DNA of 62,604 nt, filler included, from Choristocarpus tenellus KU-1152 (taxonomy: Eukaryota; Protista; Phaeophyceae): assembly GCA_964200185.2 (NCBI GenBank). It is 11 parts of 11 records of this genome, joined end to end, with 100 filler letters (N's around TTAATTAATTAA, not from the genome) between each part and the next. Parts side by side here need not be neighbours in the genome. Positions count along the whole stretch, not along the records: positions 53,047 to 55,912 come from CAXNAD020024100.1; positions 56,013 to 59,543 come from CAXNAD020019427.1; positions 59,644 to 62,604 come from CAXNAD020023349.1; 8 more parts are not named here. One strand, 5' to 3'. Made by a program: the position numbers and the translations under genes. Every line of letters starts with the position of its first letter. Position 1 is the first letter of the stretch. Positions 54,853 to 62,604 of the stretch are shown here, piece by piece. The notes beneath the pieces are model-generated. The model saw nothing but the letters and a program-made list of their open reading frames with translations. It searched no databases and had not been told where the DNA came from.

Positions 54853-57193
54853 AATAAGCAAAGAGAGCTTGTGTTTGAGTATGAGGTAGAGATGGGTGGG
54901 GGCGGGGGTGGATGGGCACACGGTGATTAGTGAGGATTGATACACGAAAGCTTTTACCAAGTTCACACAAGGTATGTATATATTCATTGGACACTGTAGT
55001 GGTAAGAAAGTTTTATGATGCAGTACTTGGGGAAACACTTTTACTATGAATAGTATATACTCTATTAGCATATACAGAGCATATTGCAGTATTGTAGTAC
55101 TTGTACAAAATAATACTTCAGAGTATATTCATTGAGGTATGACTAGCATCGCATGTAGTTGTTTAACTAGCCGAATTCACTGACTCGTAGGAAGAGTGCG
55201 ATCCCTATTCAACAAGGACGACCAGCAACCACAGTACCAGTCAGGCATTGTTCTTGTCATCTTGGTCATAAAAGAAAAAAAATCAACCAAACCTATTCTT
55301 CTCAGGGTTTGGTTCTTGTGTAAGGTACAAGTGCATTACCACTGTAAGGTAAAAACAAAAATTCAGGTGTGGTCTACAGGAATTAATTATATCTATTCAT
55401 TCTCTCATTTCTATCGAACCTTGACCTGAGAGGAACGGAGGGATAGCATATCACACACACAGACAAACACACACACAGACAAACACACACACAGACAAAC
55501 ACACTTCTTGTCATCACCTTCGGGTTCTTACTCTTATTACAGTAGAACCATATGTACTACATGTTTCTTTTATAAAAACCATTTAATCAATATCACGGCT
55601 CACTCCTCTTAGGAGGTGCTGAGGCCTTGTTCCATCTTGACCTGTATAGGTCCTGCCTTTTTCAAGGCACGCACACTAAAATATTGCTTCTCCCCGCCCC
55701 CCCTACCCCATGCACACACACACACACACACACACACAGACCAGACACACACACAAGTCACCGATGCAAAACCGTCTGACATCTAACCCTAAGCCTAACC
55801 CTTAACACCACCGATACACCCCCCAAAAAACATGGGAAATGGCAGAGGAGTGAAAGTATCTTAGAGGGTACGAGTTTTGCCCTGTTTGTCCATTTGGGGC
55901 TTGCCTCCCCATNNNNNNNNNNNNNNNNNNNNNNNNNNNNNNNNNNNNNNNNNNNNTTAATTAATTAANNNNNNNNNNNNNNNNNNNNNNNNNNNNNNNN
56001 NNNNNNNNNNNNCGCTTCCAAATCGTTTCGGAACCCTCCACAAGCACCTAAATAGTTTTTAACAAAATATATATCCCATTCAAAAAGGGGCCCTTAAAAA
56101 GTGCCGCAACATTTACCAAGAAAAACATATCGACACTTTTGCCGGTCAATTTTGGGTCAAACCCATCCTCCATAGTATGCTCCATCCTCGATTTTGAGAA
56201 TCCGCTGTTATATGTTGGGTAGAACGGTACTGATACTGATAATGTTTCTTTCTCCCTATATTGCTCTTCCTCCTGCCGTTTTTTGTGGTAGCGTGTGTGA
56301 TTCAAACCACTCATGAACAGATCAAGGGAGTTTCGAATGGAGACAAAAACTGAGTGGGAACTAGGTGGGATACTAAATGCAGTAAGGTCTATAACACGGA
56401 AAGCCCACCCTGCCTGCAGGAAATACTTGCTTTGGCACCGAGAGAGATTTATCTGTAACTTGATATAAAGTCAAAGGGACGCAAAATGATCGACACAAGT
56501 CGTCCTATGTACACGCGACAATGAAAATAGAAAAATGTAAATAAAGCATTTACTGATAATGAAGAAATATAGTGCAGGAATCAATATTGTTAGACGTTTG
56601 CTTGCAATCCTTCCTGACTACAACCTACTGAATGATATGAAACTATTTTTTCAATAACAATAGCACAGCTAACCGTCTGCTACGAATGTCTGCATACAAT
56701 TTTATACCCCCCTTGAACTACACTACTTTCCCCCCTGCTTCAAGGAGGTACCAAGGTTTTGAGTCACTCTTTCCATCTCTTGCAAATCACCCTTTGTTTA
56801 TGGATGAAATGCTGAGATTGACTTGAAAGGGTTGATTTCTTTATTGTTTTTTTAATTTTCGACAGAATTAAGAAAACTCCCTGTACGTATTTGCATAAAA
56901 AGACGAATTTTGTACTTTTTTTGAGGTATCCTTAAAATGCAACCCTAAGTACCTCTCGTTTCTTTGCCTCATATACAAAAGTACTTACACTACAGAAAGA
57001 AATCCAGTACAACCCACATGATATAGTGATTGTCTTGAGAAAGATGGTACCCTCTGCCAGATGGCAAGAACATTCTAGATTTTCCCTACTGCTGCTTCAT
57101 GGGAAACCTAAGCTTCCGCTAACAGCCAGCTAGTGTGGCGTGGCTCTGGCAGTCTTGAAGGGTAGGCACAGTTTATGCTTGCGTACTACTGAT

Positions 57194-57713
57194 AAGTCAG
57201 ACAAATTGAGAGGTAGGCAGGTTCGGAAACTTTTGCGTTCTAAGCCGTCTTTTTCACCCTGTACGATGCAGCCTATTCCATTGCAATATGTGCACAATAG
57301 TGCATGCAATGCGATATTCTCCTTTCTACACACAACACAACGCCACAATTCAGGCAAGGATTTTTGGAATAGTACAGAGTGAAAGTATATTAGAGGGTAC
57401 GAGTTTTGCCCTGTTTGTCCGTTTAGGACCTGGCTTCCCATGGGGTTTTTTTATTTCATTTTCCTACTCCAAAATGTTTCGGAGTAGGTATAATGTGTAT
57501 GTTATGAAACGGTGTGTCCGCATCAAGGATATTAACACTCCCGAACAAACACGATAGTCAAAATTACATCAAAATCGTGACATTTGATTTTGGCCCCCAA
57601 GTGGACGCGGCTCTACCCTTCAAGATAGTTTGGCTCACAAAATGACATACATTTATTTGCCAGTTCTCAGGATCCTTAAAATGTTACCCTGCCTACCTCT
57701 CAGTTTTGCCCTC
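57194..57713. mobile_element. MITE family C with a nested family B copy (57377-57636)
   Basis: The family C sequence is interrupted at GTACA and resumes at ACAAAATG, an ACA duplication around B. Confidence 0.8.
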
Positions 57714-57759
57714 ACTGCACTTTACTGGCACTGGGTGTGTGACGGGCCACTTTAGTAGG

Positions 57760-58600
57760 GTCAAGGCAACATTCTTCGAATCATCTTAAGGTATCAAGTG
57801 AAGCATGCATTGCTAAAGTTGAACCGTGTCCCATGTAGCTAAGGACAGGATAATATAGAGAACTGGGTCGTGTAAAATAGGACTTCATAGATAGATGTTT
57901 TTGGCACCCGAGTGCATGCAAAGAAATTGTTCCACCTTGGGCAAACGTATTCTTGCTATGCGCTGTGGGTCAAAAATGAGCATCAAATCCTGGTCTTGAA
58001 ATCCTAAATGTTGGATATCCGTACAGTTCTTTGGTTTTGTCCAACCATCCCGCCTTGCCTTCACCTGCATAAAATATCGGACGAAAATGTTGAGACTGAC
58101 CGACTCATGGGTTTCCATACATGTAAATGTAAGAAGAGAAGTGTTGCCAGAGGGTAAGGCCATCATTTGGCGATTCACATGCCTCCATTCGTGTGGCGTT
58201 CTTCAATTTGGTGCTTTTGGAACAGTATACATACATAATTTGGTCAGCAGTTCAACTGGGTCTCCTCAAAACGACTCTCTGCAATTATGATGAGTGTCTT
58301 GGACTCTTCGGGATAATCTTCACTAGTGTCAGAGAGGTCGTCATTACAATTGGGCCATCATCTCTCTCCATAGTGATCATGTACTTGCAACAAGAAACTG
58401 CATTTATGTGTGTGTGTGTGTGTGGAGAGAGATGCATACGTGCATCTTTTCCTCCTAGCTGGGACATAATAGAAATCAATCATCATCAGAACAAACAAGA
58501 GACAGTTGTACTGGTACACCTATCCATGCCTTCTTGGAAATAAGATATTGCACTAGGGATGGTAGGTGCCGTAGTACAACAGTATAGCGTAGGGCTTCTG
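57760..58600 (-). mobile_element. Decayed RTE LINE, endonuclease-to-RT linker region
   Basis: KYMITMERDD..IV resembles DYILxRxxDxxxV. DQDLMLIFDPQRIARIR..EQF...AK resembles the RTE linker. Confidence 0.45.
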
Positions 58601-58618
58601 CTTATGATTGTACAATAT

Positions 58619-58874
58619 GAGCGAAAGTATCTTAGAGGGTAGGGCCGTGTCCATTTGGGGGCCAAAATCCAATGTTGCGTTTTTGATGTAATTTTGGCTA
58701 TCTTGTTTTTAGTATGTGTCAATATCCTTGTTCCGGACACACCTTTTCATAACATTCATTTTACGTACTCCAAAATAATTTGGAGTAGGAAAATGTCGTA
58801 GAAAAACCCATGGGAAGCCAATCCCCAAATGGACAAACAGGGCAATACTCATACCCTCTAAGATACTTTCATTC
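58619..58874. mobile_element. MITE family B, TSD ATAT
   Basis: ATAT on both flanks. Confidence 0.9.
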
Positions 58875-58893
58875 ATATTCTTGTTTCAATTCA

Positions 58894-59363
58894 GAGCTAG
58901 CGTAAACGAGAGTTACCCATGTTTTGGTCGATTTGCATTTTATGTATCACTCTTTTTTTCTCGTTTGCAATTCAACAATCTTTCTATGGATGGAATGATC
59001 ACGAGCCAAAGTATAAGAGAGGTACCCAAGATTAGGCCGTTTTGCATTTCAAGTCTGTTTTTCAATCTTTGAAACTCACTCATATTTCTATCGCTTGAAA
59101 TATTTACTACACCATTTTAGAAATGCCCTGTTCACATTTGTAAATAAAGCCTAAATTTTGCACATATTCTTCTGGGTACCTCCGTTTACTTTGACACAGC
59201 GTCAAGATTGACTGGAGACTGTTGATTTCTCTATTTTTTTACATTTTCGACATAATAATTAGGAGTTCCTACACGCACTTGTACAAAAAAACAAAATTTG
59301 CACGTATTTGTGAGCACCTGTAGAATGCAATCCTGTGTACATCTCGTTTACTTGCTTTGACTC
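58894..59363. mobile_element. MITE family D with a second, internally deleted D copy nested at 59003-59197
   Basis: Two successive long ends followed by two short ends. The outer copy is flanked by TCA/TCA. Confidence 0.7.
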
Positions 59364-60259
59364 TCAACTTAGTGACCTTCCAACTAATCTACAGCACACA
59401 GTAGGAGCAGGATGAACAAAGTACAGCATGAAGTAGGGAAATATTGAAACGTTTTTTACCCAAAGTATCTGGGAGGGGGGGGTGGGGGCTAGACCAGGGT
59501 GTCAATTTGGATCAAAATCAGGAAAAGTGCATTTACAGTATCCNNNNNNNNNNNNNNNNNNNNNNNNNNNNNNNNNNNNNNNNNNNNTTAATTAATTAAN
59601 NNNNNNNNNNNNNNNNNNNNNNNNNNNNNNNNNNNNNNNNNNNAATTTTTTTAAAAAAAAAATATTTTCTCCCCCCCATTTGTGGACGGGGAGTGGGGGG
59701 GGGGGGGGGGGGGGTTGGACAAATTCTGACAGGGTTAACATGAAATGAAATCTATGGTGTTTTATTTTTTCTAGGGTGTTGGAGGTCTTCAACTGTGGAT
59801 TTGGAAGGTGCTTTTAATTTTAAGTCATTCTTTGGGGGAGGGGATAGTTGATTCCCCCTTGGTATCTATTGGCAATTGAGATGTGTGCTTGACAGAGATT
59901 TGTGCTTGTTTTTTAGTCCTCTGTCTTGCACAAACAAGGGGTGTAGGCGTGGTTCATTGATTGGAATGTTTTTTAGTCCTTTGTCAAGATAGAGTGTCCT
60001 GGAATCCTGTTCTAGATAGAGTGCATGTTCTCCTTCATGTTCTCCTTCTCTGGACGTAGTTTTTGAACAGACACTTCCCCATTTTGTGTGTGTAAGACAT
60101 GAACAGTTGGTTGTGTGTGTGTGCAAGGTTGTGCAAGGTTCAACCTGGTTGATCTCTTGCATCCCTCCACCTTCATTTACCCCCTTTCTTCCTTTATGGG
60201 GTAGAGAATTGCTTGCACGGACTGTTTTATGTACTATTATTATTCTGCACAGTGTGGAT

Positions 60260-60317
60260 GGGGTAGGGTTGGGGTTGGGGTTGAGGTTAGGGTTGGGGTT
60301 GGGGTTAGGGTTAGGGT
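60260..60317. repeat. Interstitial telomere-like (TTRGGG)n tract
   Basis: GGGTTGGGGTT..GGTTAGGGTTAGGGT hexamer array. Confidence 0.8.
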
Positions 60318-60560
60318 ATAGCCCGATCCAGTGTGTAGATTGCTGTCGTGCTTCCCTTTTGGTGACCAATTTGTGGAGATAGTTGATGTAGTTTACAGCA
60401 CTGATAAGGACTTGTATGTGGAGCACTGCACATGTCATGGACGGAGACTGTACTTTGTGCTCTAGTGACTGCTGTGATAGAAGTAATGTACTCACAGCTA
60501 CTAGGTGCTATCTCATTATGTTGAATATTGAGAGAACGGTTTGACGTGCTCTGGAGTGGC

Positions 60561-60848
60561 CAGCCAAACCAATTGAGAGGCAGACAGATTAGGACCCTTT
60601 TGCATTCTAAGCCATCTTTCTCACCCTGTGCAATAATACATAAAATCTTATTTGATTGATTTATGTGTGCCATAATGCATGCAAAAATTGGTGTTATCCC
60701 TTTCCACACACAAAGTGACACCAGACTTCAGCAAAGGAGGCTCTTTCTACAAGATTTGTACAAGATGCCATCTTTCAATCCCTTTCTCTAGATCCAAAGA
60801 AATGATTCTTGAAATGCAACCCTGCCTAACTCTCTCTCGGTTTCACTC
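60561..60848. mobile_element. MITE family C (solo long ends also at 245-289 and 10766-10820)
   Basis: Family TIRs and interior. Confidence 0.75.
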
Positions 60849-61111
60849 ACTACCTTTTCGAAATATTGCAGGAAATCCCTCCCTAATTATGTGAAAATAT
60901 GAAGTAAAATATAGTACGTTTACAATGCCATTAACATAGCAAGACTTTTGATTTTCACATGCCAGTGCACGCAGCATACTCTTAAGCAGTCATACAGAGA
61001 GTACTCCTGAGCAGTCCTTGACGTTGGCATGGGTGACCTTTAACCCTCAAATTTCTGTTTATTTTGAAGTAAAGGAGAGAGGGCCGGAGTGTGGTACCTA
61101 CAGTAGTTATG

Positions 61112-61240
61112 TCAGATGGCTACTTTGAAGTATCTACTGTTTGAATGTGCAGATTGTTTTCTTACCCTTGACTGATGACCAAAACAGTATTCATCTTTTA
61201 CTCTCTGTTTGACGACATTTATTCTAACAATAATCTTCCC
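61112..61240 (-). mobile_element. Possible decayed LINE RT fragment
   Basis: IVRIN...F..QSRVRKQ..S...FKVAI loosely matches the RT motif VRxN..F..GVRQG..LS..F. Confidence 0.25.
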
Positions 61241-61861
61241 TGAAAACAAGTGAATTGACCTGGTGCTCATTGAAGGAGTTGTTCTGACTGAGGGTAAAGC
61301 AAACAGAACAGTAGACCAAAGGAGGGAGAAAGGAGGGCATTGCGATAGTAATACAAAGCCTGGACATGCAGCGATTGGATGTGGGCAAGACATAAGAGTT
61401 TATGCACCCCTCTTGTGAAGAGAGTGTTCCTGTTACTCCAGGAGCACTCAACCTCCCCCCTGTAGATCAACCTACCTAGAGTTCCACCGAGAGGACATCC
61501 CACCCTTTATGTAGCCGCAACTAATATGTATAGGGACGATCAAGTAGTCAACAATGTAACAAGTAGTACTCTGGAGTACTATGATAATCGTGTTGTCCCC
61601 TCAGAGCTGGCCTACTAGTAACACTACTTTGACGTACTAATCCTATTTTTGATCCGTTTGAAAATATCTGAAGACAACATTCATTGTCCTTAGAGCCCCA
61701 TTGCTAAAATAAAGTACTGGTGTGGAGTAGTTGATTTGAAAGGAGATTTTTGATTGGTGCGTTAACATCATATGTTGGTATGTTTGAGTACTCCGATGTA
61801 TTTTTAAAATGAATGCACATACAATCGTTCGTCCTGTTGTTCCATCTCTAGGAACCACAGA

Positions 61862-62145
61862 GAGTCAAAGCAAACGAGAGGAACCTAGGTTTTGGCCGTT
61901 TTGCATTCTACGCCACTTCTTCAATCTCTTGCACTTCGCCAATATTTCTATGGATAAAGTTCTAAAGTTTGACTCTAGAGCATTGATTTCTCTTTTGTTT
62001 AAAGCTTTTTAACGCAATTGAGAAAATATCTTCATGTATGTGCGCATTTGTAAAAAAAGTCGAATTTTGCACGCATTTGTCAGTATTTTTACAATGTCAG
62101 TATTTTTACAATGCAACTCTGAGTTCCTCTCGGTTACCTTGACTC
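61862..62145. mobile_element. MITE family D (other diverged copies at about 47783-48065 and 56735-56970)
   Basis: GAGTCAAAG...CTTGACTC with AGA duplicated on the flanks. Confidence 0.8.
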
Positions 62146-62604
62146 AGAATAAGCAATTTTGCCTTCTATGCACTTTTTGCTTGTTGATTTCTCTACTGTT
62201 ATTATTAAAAAATTGTTACCTTTTGTTGTCAGTATATATAATTGTTAGGGGGGGGGGAGATCTCATCACGTTACTTCAAATTGCTGGGGAAGTGGAAACG
62301 ATAATTTTATGTACTGTACATACATACAGACAGTGCCTTTTCTTCATGTCCTACAATAGATAGTAATGAACTATAATATACTACTGCAGACAATAAAGGT
62401 ATAAACGGCTGTGCACCGAATGATGCTGATGCTACCTGCAGCACGGGCACTTTTAAGAAAAAAACATTGTTTTTTTTTTCTTGTGTGTATCGCTGCCAAG
62501 TCTTTAGTACATGAGTTCTCACAAACCAGTCCATCTCTCCTTTTCTACTTCCCCACCCCCCCATGAGCTTCCATATGACTGAGCTCCAACTTCTACCCCT
62601 AATG

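Noticed and set aside
2646-59643. Recurring TTAATTAATTAA as a biological motif, and gene neighbourhoods across it
   Set aside because: It is always centred in N runs, so it is an assembly or concatenation linker.

Overview
Eukaryotic, intron-rich, repeat-dense DNA, probably a stramenopile/ochrophyte (inferred from HSP90 signatures and brown-alga-like RTE LINE relics). The window is 11 contigs joined by ten artificial 100-nt linkers (44 N + TTAATTAATTAA + 44 N), so adjacency across linkers is not evidence of linkage. Well-supported genes: a complete 16-exon cytosolic HSP90 (24619..19218, minus), tRNA-Pro(AGG), the 5' part of a CTDSPL2/SCP4-like HAD phosphatase, a multi-exon EF-hand gene that the ORF track misses (about 50530..48855, minus) and a WW-domain ORF. 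The rest is mostly decayed RTE-type LINE fragments and about 30 copies or fragments of five short non-autonomous DNA transposon (MITE) families, labelled A-E here. The most notable observation is that families A-D have largely dissimilar interiors but share one end architecture: a G(A/G)-x3-AAA terminus plus an inner motif about 30 bp from one end and about 40 bp from the other. This one-helical-turn asymmetry, with 3-4 bp TSDs, resembles the 12/23 rule of V(D)J recombination.
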